The position numbers and the translations under genes were made by a program. Below are positions 35,005 to 47,545 of a stretch of DNA of 64,000 nucleotides, one piece after another. Under the pieces are notes generated by a model that saw only the letters and a list, made by a program, of their open reading frames with translations, ran no database searches and was not told the origin of the DNA. Every line of letters begins with the position of its first letter. Position 1 is the first letter of the stretch. The DNA is from Heterodontus francisci (Eukaryota): assembly GCF_036365525.1 (NCBI RefSeq), contig NC_090372.1:91935754-91999753 (forward strand), read 5' to 3'.

Positions 35005-37575
35005 TCTCCAGAGCTCCCTGGATGAAGAAAGAGATAGAGATTAAGATGAAGAAGAAAACGTGTGCTTATGACAGATATCAGGTGGATAATACAACTGAAA
35101 ACCAAGCGGGATATAGAAGGTTCAGAAGGGAAGTGAAAAAGCAAATAAGAGAAGCAAAGAGAGAGTATGAAAAGAGACTGGCAGTTAATATAAAAGGGAA
35201 TCCAAAAGTTCTTCTATGGGCATATTAATAGTAAAAGGGTGATGAAAGGAGGAATGGTGCTGATTAGGGACCTAAAAGGAGATTTACACATGGAGGCAGG
35301 GAGCATGGCTGAGGTATTAAATGAATACATTGCATCTGTCTTTACCAAGGAAGAAGATGCTTCACAGGTCATGGTGAAAGAGGAGATAATTCAGACACTT
35401 GAAGGATTTAAAATTGATAAGGAGGAAGTATTTGATAGGCTAGCTGTACTTAAAGTTGATAAGACACCAGGACTGGGTGAGATGCATCCAAGGATACTGA
35501 GGGAAGTGAGAGCGGAAATCGCAGAGGCACTGGCCATAATTTTCCAGTCTTCCTTAGACTCGGGGGTGGTGCCAGAGGACTGAATATAATTGCAAACGTT
35601 ACACGCTTTTTCAAAAAAGGGTGTTAAGATAAGCCCAGCAACTATAGGCCAGTCAGTTTAACCTCAGTGATGGAGAAGCTCCTAGAAACAATAATTCGAG
35701 ACAAAATTAATAGTCACTTGGCAAATTAAGGTTAATTAAGGAAAACCAGCATGGATTTGTGAAGGGAAAATTGAATTTTCAGACTGGAGGAAGGTTTGTA
35801 GTGGAGTTCCCCAGGGGTCGGTGTTGGGACCCTTGTTCTTCCTGATATATATTAATGACCTAGACCTTAGTGTACGGGGCACAATTTCAAAATTTGTGAA
35901 TCATACAAAACTTGAAAACATTCTGAACTGTGAGGAGGATAGTGTAGAACTTCAAAAGGACATAGACAGGTTGATGGAAATTTAATGCAGAGAAGTATGA
36001 AGTGATTCATTTTGGTAGTGTCATGAAAGTGTGCTATGCCGAATGATAATTTTTAAATCCACCAGCTATAAATCTAAATTAAACTTAAAATAAAAAGAAA
36101 CAGATAAAAGGTGACTTTACTAGCAGCTAAGATGGCCACTGCAATTTGCATCACTATAGCCTACATTCCAATGCACTGAGGTAGAGACGAGTTGTCTGCC
36201 CAGTCCCAACAAGAACAATGGCCTGGGGAATTTGAGTGAACTACCTCTCCTGCTCCCATTAGCAGCACATCAGGCTATCACTTGGACATTAAACTGGTGG
36301 AGATGAACCACTCAAACCTAATAACTTGAACAATGGGACCTGGGTTGAGAGAAGGGAAGTCCTAAACATGGGCTGATTAAGTTGCAAGAGAAAATACATA
36401 CTGGTAACTATCATGCTTAATCATTGGGTGATGGTCATGTGACAGGCCCACCATCTGTGTGCTTAAGCTGGTGTTTTCTCTGCAGCAAACAGACAAGCAG
36501 CTAGAAACTGACAAGAGAAGACCCAAGTGGGGTCCCTCCTCTCCCTCCCTCCAGTTCACCTTGCAAGCTTTGAACCTTGCCTCCTGGCCATAACTGCCTA
36601 AGCCTATCACTGCTGCAAACAGAGACCCCATGAAGGAAATCATCCACATCGCTTTTTCTAGGAGGACCAACGAATTAGCTGTCTATATCTGCAAACCAAA
36701 AGCCTCAGGACAACCAAATTCAGCATGAAGCCAGCCGAGTCACCAACCTCCACAGAATGTATACCCTTTTTATTGCTCCGTACTCTGATCTGACCAATCT
36801 ATCCTTCCCCACTCTGTAAGTCATTAGTATGTGTGTGTGTGAACCTCGAGTGTGTCTGTGTGTGTGTGTGAAAGTTGGAACATAGTTTATTATTTTACTT
36901 AGATTGGTTTACATACAAAAAAGCTAACCTCTTTCGTTGTTAACCTCAGGAAAACCTGTCCAATTAGTTCTTTAAATGATTGTAGCACGTAAATAGTTAA
37001 ACATTCACTGAATTAGCAAGTATATCCACTTTAAATAAGAAATAAACCTGTTGTGGTCAAACAAGGGGAGGACAAGAGGGGAACCCTTTGACCCCTCCTC
37101 ATCTGATCATATCAGTAGGAAGAACGTGGAGAGACAATATAAAACAAAGAGTGCAATTCTAAAAGGGTACAGGAGCAGAGGGACCTGGGTGTATATGTGC
37201 ATAAATCATTGAAGGTGGCAGGACAGGTTGAGAGCGTAGTTAATAGAGCATACAGCATCCTAGTCTTTATTAATAAGAGCATAGAGTACAAAAGCAAGGA
37301 AGTTATGTTAAACTTCTATAGAACACTGGTTTGGACTCAACTGGAGTATTGTGTCCAATTCTGGATGCCACACTTTAAGAAAAATGTGAAGGCATTGGAG
37401 AGAGTGCAGAAAAGGTTCACGAGAATGGTTCCAGGGATGAGGAACTTCAGTTACATGGAAAGATTGGAGAATTTGGGACTGTTTTCTTTGAAGAAGAGAC
37501 AGTTGAGAGGAGAGCCAGCACAGACACGATGGGCTGAATGGTCTCCTTCTGTGGTGTAAGGATTCTGTGATTCTT
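35005..37575 (+). mobile_element. CR1 ORF2 with internal deletions, split by a solo LTR
   Basis: AEVLNEYIASVFTKEE, HPRILREV, GVPQGSVLGP; HFG|RKN rejoined across the LTR; QLEYCVQFW. Confidence 0.85.
36019..37114 (+). mobile_element. Solo LTR (1096 bp, Gypsy-like)
   Basis: TGTCATG...CATATCA termini; perfect 4-bp TSD GTAG (36015-36018 / 37115-37118); start identical and end similar to the 7304-11844 LTRs; (TG)n near 36830-36870. Confidence 0.88.
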
Positions 37576-37576
37576 T

Positions 37577-38632
37577 CATGAGAACTGGCAAAAGTTAGAA
37601 ATGTAATAGGTTTTGAGCAAGTGAAAGGATGGAGAGAAGAACAACAAAAGGTAGTGTCTGTGATAGGGTGGAGGACAGCAGAGATTAAAGGTCTCATGGG
37701 ACAAAGTCAAAGGGAGTGGTAATGGGATAGAAAAACAAAAGATGTGTCTGGATGAGGTGTGAATGACAGGGTATCAGCTGTCTGAACACAAAGTAAAGGG
37801 ATTAAAAAGGAAATGGGGGGTGGGGGAGGGAGAAGAAAAAAAAGTGAACCAGCAAAAGAAAAGAAAAAAATGGGGGCAGAGGTGATGACATAAAATTATC
37901 GAACTCAATGTTGAATTAGGAAGGCTGTAAAGTGCCCAGTTGAAATATGAGGTGCTGTTCCTTGAGCTTCATTGGAACACTGTAGCAGACCAAGGATAGA
38001 AAGGTCAGTGGGAGCAAAGTGGAGAATTGAAATGACAAGCAACAGGAAGCTTGGGAGCATGCTTGCAGACTGCATGGAGGTGTCCTGTAAAGTGGTCACC
38101 CAGTCTGCTTTTAGTCTCCCCAACATAAAAGAGACCCCTTTGTGAGCAAAGTATACTAAATTGAAAGAAGTACAAGTAAAATCGCTGTTTCACTTGGAAG
38201 GAGTGTTTTGGGCCCTGGACAGTGAGAAGGGAGGGGGTAAAAGAGTAGGTGTTGAATCTCCTGCACTTGAATGGAGAGTTGCTGCAGGAAAGGGGGGAGA
38301 TGTTAGGGGTGATTGAGGAGGGGACCAATCTGTTTGGGAGGGAATGGTCCCTTCAGAATGCTGAAAGGAGAGGGGAAGATGTGTTTGTTGATGGCATCAT
38401 GAAGGTGGCGAAAATGGCGGAGGATAATCTGTTGAATATGAAGGCTGGTAGGATGGAAGATCAGGACAAAGGGAACCCTACAAAGGTTTTGGAAGGGAGG
38501 AGAAGGGGTGAGAACAGAAGTGCATAAAATAAATCAGACAAGGTTGAGGCCTCGCTCAACCACGGTGTGGGGAATCCTCGGTTGAGGCAAAGGGAAGACA
38601 TATCGGAAGTGCTAGTATGGAAGGTTGCATCC
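37577..38632 (-). mobile_element. Degraded Penelope-like 3' part
   Basis: QGPKHSFQVKQR, YVGETKSRLGDHF..PVACHFNS and 3' UTR similar to 12490-13630. Confidence 0.82.
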
Positions 38633-38789
38633 TTATTTTGTTTTCTTTCGTTTTATTCCAGTCCTGTATTTTGGTAAGAATTTCACCTTACACTATGTCT
38701 CCAGAATTGTGGAATGTAGCACTAGTGACCTTTAACAGGGTGTTAGGTTCAACTGGCTTTTTCGCAAACATTTTGGAAACCGTTTACAT

Positions 38790-41700
38790 TGCCATCCCTT
38801 CCTATTGATTCCTACCACAAACTCTGATTTTTAGCCACTGACTCCATCCTGCTCCATTTCCACTGTCTGAGGCTGAAACGGAATGTTTGCAACCTCGATG
38901 TTGTATTTGATCTTGAACTCAGCTTCTCCATTTCCTCTCCAACACCAAGACTGCCTACTTTCAACTCTAATATCACCCAGCTTTTACCGTGCATCAGCTC
39001 ATTTCCTGGAGAAACCCTCATCCACACCTTTACTACCTCCAGACTCAACTATTGCAATACTCTCCTGCCTAGCTTCCCACCCTCTGTTAACTTGAACTCA
39101 TCCAAAATTCAGTTGCCAGTATCTTAACTTACACAACATCCCATTCCCCCATTACCCCTGTGCTTACTGGCCTGCATTGGTTCCTGCTTCAGCAATGCCT
39201 TGATTTTAAAATGATCAATCTTGTGCTCAAATCCTTCCATGGCCTCATCCCTCCCTACCTCTGTAACCTCTCCAAGCTTTACAACCCTCCAAGATCTCTG
39301 ATCTCCACCAATTCTGGCCTCTTGTGCATTCCTGATTTGAATTGCTCCACAATTAGCAGCTATGCTTTCAGCTGTTTGGGCCCTCAGCTCTGAAATTTCC
39401 TCCATATACCTCTCCACCTCTCTATCCTTTAAGTCGTTCATTAAAATTTACCTCTTTGATCAAGCTGGGTATTGTGTAATGAGAGAGGAATAATTGACAA
39501 TCTAGTTGTGCAAGACCCCTTGGGGACGAGCGACCATAATATGATAGAATTCTTCATCAAGATGGAGAGTGACGTAGTTGATTCTGAGACAAGGGTCCTG
39601 AATCTTAGTAAAGGAAACTACGAAGGTATGAGGCGCGAATTGACCATGACAGATTGGGAAATGTTACTTAAAGGGATGACGGTGGATAGGCAATGGCAAA
39701 CATTTAAATAGCGCATGGATGAACTGTAACAATTGTTTATCCCTGTCTGGCGCAAAAGTAAAACGGGAAAGGTAGCCAAACCATGGCTTACAAGGCAAAT
39801 TAGAGATAGCATTAGATCCAAGGAAGAGGTATATAAATTTGCCAGGAAAAACAACAGACCTGAGGATTGGGAGCAGTTTAGAATTCAGCAAAGGAGGACC
39901 AAGGGATTGATTAAGAAGGGGAAAATAGAGTACGAGAGCAAGCTTGAGGGGAACATAAAAACTGACTGTAAAAGTTTCTATAGGTATGTGAAGAGAAAAA
40001 GATTGGTGAAGACAAATGTAGGTCCCTTACAGTCAGAAACAGGGGAATTTATTATGGGGAATAAAGAAATGGCTGACCAACTAAATGCATACTTTGGTTC
40101 TATCTTCACAAAGGAGGACACAAATATCATACCAGAAATGTTGGGGAACACAGGGCTTAGTGAGAGAGAGGTGTGCATCCCAGAGTACTTAAGGAAGTGG
40201 CCCTAGAAATAGTGGATGCATTGGTGGTCATCTTCCAAGATTCTATAGACTCTGGAACAGTTCCTACTGATTGGAGGGTAGCTAATGTAACCCCACTATT
40301 TAAAAGGGGAGGTAGAGAGAAAGCAGGGAATTATAGACCAGTCAGCCTTACGTCAGTAGTGGGGAAAATTCTAGAGACCATTATCAAAGGTTTTATAGCA
40401 GAGCATTTAGAGAACAGTAGTAGAATAGGGCAGAGTTAGCATGGATTTACGAAAGGGAAATCATTTTTGACAAATCTACTAGAATTCTTCAAGGTTGTAA
40501 CTAGTAGAGTTGATGAGGGGGACCCAGTGGATGTGGTTTATTTGGACTTTCAGAAGGCTTTCGACAAAGTCCCACATAAGAGATTAGTGTGTAAATTAAA
40601 GCGCATGGGATTGGGGGTAGTGTATTGCGATGTATAGAAAATTGGTTGGCAGACAGGAAACAAAGAGTAGGGATAAATGGGTCTTTTTCCAAATGGCAGG
40701 CAGTGACTAGTGGGGTACTGCAGTGATCGGTGCTAGGACCCCAGCTATTCATAATATACATTAATGATTTAGATGAGGGAACTAAATGTAATATCTCCAA
40801 ATTTGCAGATGACACAAAACTGGGTGGGTGGGTGAGTTGTGAGGAGGATGCAGAGAGGCTTCAGGGTGATTTGGACAAGTTGAGTGAATGGGCTAATGCA
40901 TGGCAGATGCAGTATAATGTGAATAAATGTGAGGTTATCCATTTTGGTAGCAAAAACAGGAAGGCAGATTATTATCTGAACGGCTATAAACTGAGAGAAG
41001 GGAATATGCAGCGAGACCTTGGTGTTCTCGTACACCAGTCGCTGAAGGTAAAGCATGTAGGTGCAACAGGCGGTAAAAAAGGCAAATGGTATGTTGGCCT
41101 TCATAGCGAGAGGATTCGAGTACAGAAGCAGGGATGTCTTGCTGCAATTATACAGGGCCTAGGTGAGGTCACACCTGGAATATTGTGTGCAGTTTTGGTT
41201 TCCTTATTGGAGGAAGGATGTTCTTGCTATAGAGGGAGTGCAGCGAAGGTTTACCAGACTGATTTCTGGGATGGCAGGACTGATGTGTGAGGAGAGATTG
41301 AGTCAGTTAGGATTATATTCGCTGGAGTTCAGAAGAGTGAGGGGGGATCTCATAGAAACCTATAAAATTCTAACAGGACTTGACAGGGTAGATGCATGAA
41401 GGATGTTCCCGATGGTGGAGGAGTCCAAAACCCAGAGTCATTGTCTAAGGATACGGGGTAAACCTTTCAGGACTGAGATGAGGAGAAATTTCTTCACCCA
41501 GAGAGTGGTGAGCCTGTGGAATTTGCTACCACAGAAAGCAGTTGAGGCCAAACATTGTATGTTTTCAAAAAGGAGTTAAATATAGCTCTTGGGTCTAAAG
41601 GGATCAAAGGGTATGGGGCGAAAGCAGGAACAGGCTACTGAGTTGGATGATCAGCCATGATCATAATGAATGGCGGAGCAGGCTCAAAAGGCCGAATGGC

Positions 41701-41860
41701 CTACTCCTGCTCCTATTTTCTATGTTTCTAAGCTTTTGGTCATCTGTCCTAATAATGCTTTATGTGGCTCAATTTCAGATTTGTCTCATAATGCTCCGGT
41801 GAAGTGCCTTGGGATGTTTTTACTACATTAAAGCCACGCTATAAATGCAAGTTGTTGTTT
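38790..41860 (+). mobile_element. L2 LINE 3' end (38790-39466 and 41730-41860), split by CR1
   Basis: SRLNYCNTLL..LELIQNSVASIL..PITPVLTGLHWF..AFSCLGPQL; tail GCTATAAATGCAAGTTGTTGTT. Confidence 0.8.
39467..41729 (+). mobile_element. 5'-truncated CR1 (2.3 kb)
   Basis: 5-bp TSD AAGCT (39462-39466 / 41730-41734); [37 protein letters not shown], tail CCTACTCCTGCTCCTATTTTCTATG. Confidence 0.9.
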
Positions 41861-42716
41861 ATCATTGTTACTTTTTAACCATAGCTACTGTTTTGTAAAG
41901 CTTTGTGAACAGAGGAATGTTGATCCCTGGAGCTAATTGATGTGATAATTTGATTGTCTAATGGTGTTCCTTTTTCGTGTTACATCAATTGAAAGCTTTG
42001 AGAAATTTGACATTACAAATGGAAGAGGACATTTACACCACACCCTCCAGCAACATAAATCATCGAATAACTGCTAAATTGCTTAAAATGAATACCTGAA
42101 TAAGGTCAGAATGAAGCTTTTCAAAATGTAACTTAACAACAAGCATACTGTGTGAAGTCTCATAACAATAGAATATAAACTCTCAAAATGTTTCCCATTG
42201 ATATCGTCTGTATCAAGTATTTCATTTTTACTGAGGTGAAAATATACTTTCAAGCCACATTATCATTCTTTGCGCTGTGAAATAGATGAAGAAAGATTTG
42301 TTAAAGTTGTGGTAGGCAGTCAAATGTATTCTTGGTTCAAACCTATATTTAGATCAGGGTTCTTTTTAATAAACTCCAGATAAAAATAACCAATTTACCA
42401 ATAACCATTGTACCACACACCATTAATTACTGACTCACTAATTCATTGAGTGAAAACAAAAGACACCAAAATAATTTATTATACACAGAAATTATTAGGC
42501 TTTTAAAATGCTGTTAATAGAGGAAATTTTGCAGAGAATTGACTATATTTAATGGGATAAATATTAAAACTAAATAACTGGGAAATATTTTATACTTGGA
42601 TAAACATTGTGCATTTAGTTTTTTGTTTTTGCATTGGGATTTCCATAAATGGAATGTATTTGACACATTTCAACTCTGCTTGACGCCAGTACCCATACAT
42701 TAATAGTTGACGACTA

Positions 42717-45466
42717 CAGTGTTGTCCAATACATTAACCATCAACCACATGTGGTTAATTGGGAATCCAGATGTGGCTAATTGCATTTATGAGTAATAAA
42801 TAAAAAATGAGTAATAGATTCATCCTTGGGCACATGATCTCAATACTAATATTCACGTGGACTCAACTTTTTGCTGCATTTGGTGATAAAATTGTAATAC
42901 AAAAAAACAGTATGTTTGAGTGATTTTTGATCATTGCAAGTGCCTCACTTCCTTAGTTACTTGCCATCGACGTTTCAGCTGGTGGATGGGCCTCCCGCCC
43001 AAAGAAAAATTCCAGCCATAGACTTAATAAGATAGTGTTCTCATTCTCTATTATTTCACAATTGTTTATAATGAAAACTTTCACACTCCATTGTACAATA
43101 ATGGTATTTTGAAGATTATAGGAAGGGACATTTGTTTTCCCTATATGGGAGAACGAAAGCAGTTGCTTCATCAAATATTTACTAAGAAATGGTTCAATTC
43201 AATTTTTGTAAAATTCCCAAAAGGGTGGCCTTTCAGATAATGAATCAAATATTGGACTCTAGTTTAATGGCTGCTCTTGGCAAGGCTAACTTCCCTTATA
43301 CCAATCTGGTTTTTTGCCTTAGGACTTCGGTACAAGTCATTTAGTCTAAAACGTCTGCAACAGTTCAGTACTATAACTTCCTTATGAGTAGAATGAAAGA
43401 CACCATGTTAGTCAAAATAGATGACTTAGTTTATGTAGTTATAAGGTTCTGTGTAGTATTCACTTCTACTTTATTGCAAGAAGTTGAATATATAACAGTT
43501 CATAGCTGAGATGTTGACCTGAAGGCTGACAGCTGCAAGTGCGGATCAAAGGTAGCAAACTCCAAGGTGGCAGAAATGACCTCCAAAGTCTTAGCAATCA
43601 CCTTGAAAATAGTGAAAGTACAATCTCAGAACAGGTTTTGTGAACAAAAGAACTCAACCTAGACAAAGAAGCAGCTGTCATATCTCTGTATTTAAAGGCT
43701 TTCCAGCCTGTCAACTTCTCAGCACCGTCAATGCCCGCTGTCCTCTCACCTTGCTCAACTTCTAAGTTCTAGGAAGCCTGGAAAACAGTGTGCTGGCAGT
43801 TAAAGTCAGAATCCATGCTTAAAGATGCAGTCAATTGGCTTTTAGCATATGTTAACAGCAGACTTTCTTGTCCCATGGGGGTTTCCCACACACTCACGAA
43901 TGCGTTCCAGCTAAATGTAGAAGTCAGCAGGTATCTGCTGGCTTCCCAACACGCCACCATTTTTGATATTTTAACCTTCCATGCACACTGACACCCTCCT
44001 ACCCCAGCAGGTTAACATTCCCCTTGCATCTCATTTACACTCCAAGTTAAGTTCAGCACTTTACATGAATCATTTACTCCTTCAGAACTGAAGTAAAACA
44101 GGCTAACTAGAAGTTCTCGATTTCCTGCCAAAATTTCCAACCCAAAATGGCGGAAGTGGCATAAACAGCCACTTACACAAGGTTCTCGTCAATCCTTCAT
44201 GAAAGTATATATTCTTGAGGTAAACATCCAGCACCAAATCTCCTACTCATACCATTTCAATGATCTGTCACCTTGAACTTCACTCAGATAAATCGTTTAT
44301 AAAGTTTAAATTCAGCACAGGTTGAAATCTTCCTAGCCTGAGAACATTTTCTATGATTTGATAGTGTTACATCTTGAAAGCCAAAATTGCCTGCAAAAGT
44401 CACCCAGCTTCCCAAGTACATAAAACTCCTGATTTGTGAAAGGTGAGCATCAGCTCTTCAGTAACCTGTGATATTCTGCATTTAACATCTGAGCAATTCA
44501 TATTTTTCAAGCTACCAGACTTCTCCTGCTTTCTAATTTAGCACCACTGGGGCTTGTGCTGCTAGTTCAGTGGAAATTGATTTTCTTCCCCAGTGGACAA
44601 ACTTGTGCTCCTTTTCCCTGTCTGTCCTCCACTGTGTCCAACCTCCAGAAAACAGTTTTAATTTATGACACAGTGAGGATATTTTTTTCAGATCCAAATA
44701 ACTCAGCCCCCAACATGACTATTTTAGCCCCACCCAACACCTAACGTCCATCAACTGAAGCAGTTCAGTCAGCATGTGCTGTTAGTGTGTACTTGACACT
44801 GTACATTTTTGTATGTTCAGTAACATCTAATTGCCGTGGCTGAAGCTTTAACGTTTAGTGCACTTGTCTACTGTGTTCTGAATTTTAAAGAATAATTAAG
44901 CCTTTAACAAACTTTGCAGAGGTAACAAATTTACAAGAACGTTACCAGAATTGAAGGGATTCAACTATCAGGCAAGATTGAGTAGTGTGGGGCTCTTTTC
45001 TCTGGAAAAACAAAGAATGAGGAGACTTAATTTGAAATACCTCAATCATGAAGGGATTTAATAGGATGGATGTGGAGAAACTGTTTCCATTTATGGATGA
45101 GTATACACTAAGAGGGCATAAATATAAAATAACCCCCCAATCCATCCAAATGGAAGAATTTCTTTACACAGAGTGGTGAGAATGTGGAACTCAGTGGAGT
45201 GGTTGAAGCAGACAGCATTAACACACTTAAGGGAGACTTAACGTATTCATGAAGGAGAAAGGAATAGGGAAGCTATGGGAGCAGGGTAGGAAGAGGTATT
45301 TAGAGGAGGTAGAGGCTTGTGTGGAGTATAAATACTGGTATAGACCAGTTGGGCCAAATTGTCCATTTCTATGTAATTCTATGTAGTATGAGAGGGAGGC
45401 CCAAAAGCGCCTGATGTGGTCCAGCCAGTTCTGGTGGAAGATGGCTTAACCAGTTGGACAACACCA
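42717..45466 (-). mobile_element. Old hAT (Charlie/MER3-like) DNA transposon relic
   Basis: TIR CAGTGTTGTCCAA (42717) / TTGGACAACACCA (45454-45466); subterminal CCACATGTGG; minus-strand traces PFTNQEF, FQDVTLS, CTEV resemble Charlie-type transposase motifs (PFTDGEF, I.LS, TEVRWL). No convincing 8-bp TSD. Confidence 0.5.
44915..45385 (+). mobile_element. Degraded CR1 3' end
   Basis: TTCTTTACACAGAGTGGTGAGAATGTGGAAC; tail GGGCCAAATTG..TTCTATGTAATTCTATGT. Confidence 0.7.
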
Positions 45467-46673
45467 GATATCCTCAAGTCTGTACCCCCTGGACTTGAAG
45501 CAAAAATGGGGACCACACCATGGAGATCCACCAGGATGGGAGAGAGAGTAAAGGTGCTGCAGAACTAGAGGGGAATGAAGAGCCAAAGGCTAAGCAGTTA
45601 AGATTTAGAAAGCACAGTTGTAAGTGATTTGGAGAATGTTTTCCTAGTGACAAACACAGGAGGAAAGAGGTGTAAGGGGAGAGGGAATGGGATGTGGTTG
45701 TGCAGGATACAAGAAAGTGGTCAGAGATGAATGACATTAAGGTACAGGTTTTGTCCCTGCATCTCCAATTCCATGTCCCAGCATTCATGCATACCGCACC
45801 CTTCCCTATACACAATGTTTCACCCTCAGAGGAAGAGTCTTCAGCTGATAATCATTGCATTTGGAAATTATCCTCCTGAATCTCATTGTTTTATTGCATT
45901 TCTCCCCACCTTCAAAAGCCTCAAAACTTACAATGCTTTTGCCCCTCAAGAATCCCCTTACAATCTGGACCAAATATCACATTCTAATGGCTCTTAGAAA
46001 CTTCAAATAGGCACGTGTTCTGAAGGAATTTCTCCATTAATTTACTACATTCCAACATTTGAGATGTTAGTGACCATATTGTTGAGTTCACAACAGCAGT
46101 TAGAGAATTTTAATTCTTTATTAAGCACATTGTTAAAACAGACCAACACATTGCACGACCAAGTATTACTAAACTAGAAAGTATGTTTGACTTTTATGTT
46201 TCCATCTGAAACAAAGTTGTGCATTTCTTCTTGCCTCTTTCTTCTTCCGCAAGGTGTACATGTTTATCAGTTGATTTTACTTTTGTAGTAAGGTCTTGAG
46301 TGCCACAGTGGGAGCACTATGTTTTTTTAATTCTCCCTTGGTCATATTCACAAATATTTGAAGGCTATGTTTTTTCTCCTTACATAAAACACACATTAAA
46401 CCAACACACAATACAATTTTCTCATTGGTAACAAAGACAAGCACCACTTATCAAACCTCTACAACAAAAGATTGTAGCCCTGGCAGAAACAACTTCAGCA
46501 ACTAGCCGACGTACACAGGTCATCAATGAGCTCTTTTATCCAATCACTGAAAAGACCACATCAGGAGTAGTCCAACTTGTACCTGGCTTTCCTCTATAAA
46601 GTAATTGTATTTTATGAATGAAAAAATGGCAAAAGTAATGAACATAGATTGAACTGTTCATTTTCCAGTACTG

Positions 46674-46679
46674 TTTATT
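46674..46679 (-). terminator. Candidate poly(A) signal AATAAA for STK31 (another at 46117-46122)
   Basis: TTTATT on the plus strand ~280 nt past the stop codon; usage unknown. Confidence 0.4.
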
Positions 46680-46955
46680 TTTCCAGTATTTTCTTTCCAA
46701 GAAAAACCTTAGATTTTTCTCAAATTAAATAGTAACCTCAGGAGAAAAAAAAAGTACCAATGAAAAGAACTCTACCCCACTATTGTTATCCATGGAAAAG
46801 ACTATCACAAAGTTGTACCGAGCATTGAGAGGCATGTTTTAAAGTTCTCCTCTTCTATTACTACCCTATAGAAATTACCAGAAGTATTAATACAACAAAA
46901 CGTATTTGACACAACTAATGAAAATAAGCTATAAAAGATAAATCTGGGAAAGGTT

Positions 46956-47174
46956 TTATGTTGCAGCTTCACCCAGCAATTCAGATTTGGTTTCATCTGC
47001 AAAAACACTGGCCACAATTGTTTCATTGGATGCAGAAGTATTGGCGTCTTCGTGAATAGTGTCAGCAGTTTTTATCTCCAAGAAGCAGTCTTCCTTTAAC
47101 ATCTGGTCCACTCTCAATCTGTCATTAGGATTGAAAGAAATCAACCTTGACACCAGACTCAGCAGTTTAGGATC
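46956..47174 (-). CDS. STK31: STK31/TDRD8-like kinase, last coding exon
   Basis: Acceptor TTTTTCCTTTTTCTTTTAAAG|GAT, phase 0; DPKLLSLVSRLISFNPNDRLRVDQMLKEDCFL...GEAAT*, kinase subdomain XI, resembling my recollection of human STK31 DDKVKSLLCSLI..EQVLNAECFL. Confidence 0.85.
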   Translation of the reverse strand, partial: DPKLLSLVSRLISFNPNDRLRVDQMLKEDCFLEIKTADTIHEDANTSASNETIVASVFADETKSELLGEAAT

Positions 47175-47545
47175 CTTTAAAAGAAAAAGGAAAAATTACT
47201 TTTCAGTACCAACAGGAAATAATTCTGCCACAGATACTCTTAACTTACTGTATCATGTTTCTGGATTTTTTTATTTCTTTGCCCCCAAAGGAAGTGATCT
47301 AGGTATCAGTTATTTTAAAATACACTTTTAATCAAAGCTTATTTTAAAGGCCTGGCAGTAAATTGTTTTCAATTTCAGACGAGGCATCTGAAACCACAGC
47401 CTGGGGTCAATGAAAGTTAATTTGACATTCCTGGCACCGTTCACATGCATTGCTACTGTGACAATCCTATTAGTTCGAACACAGCAGGGGTCACTGTCCT
47501 GGTGAACTTGGAGGCACGGTGGGCGGGGTGGGAGGATGGAGTTTG

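Noticed and set aside
45690-45750. Possible Myb-like remnant VQDTRKWSEMNDIK
   Set aside because: Too short to distinguish from chance.
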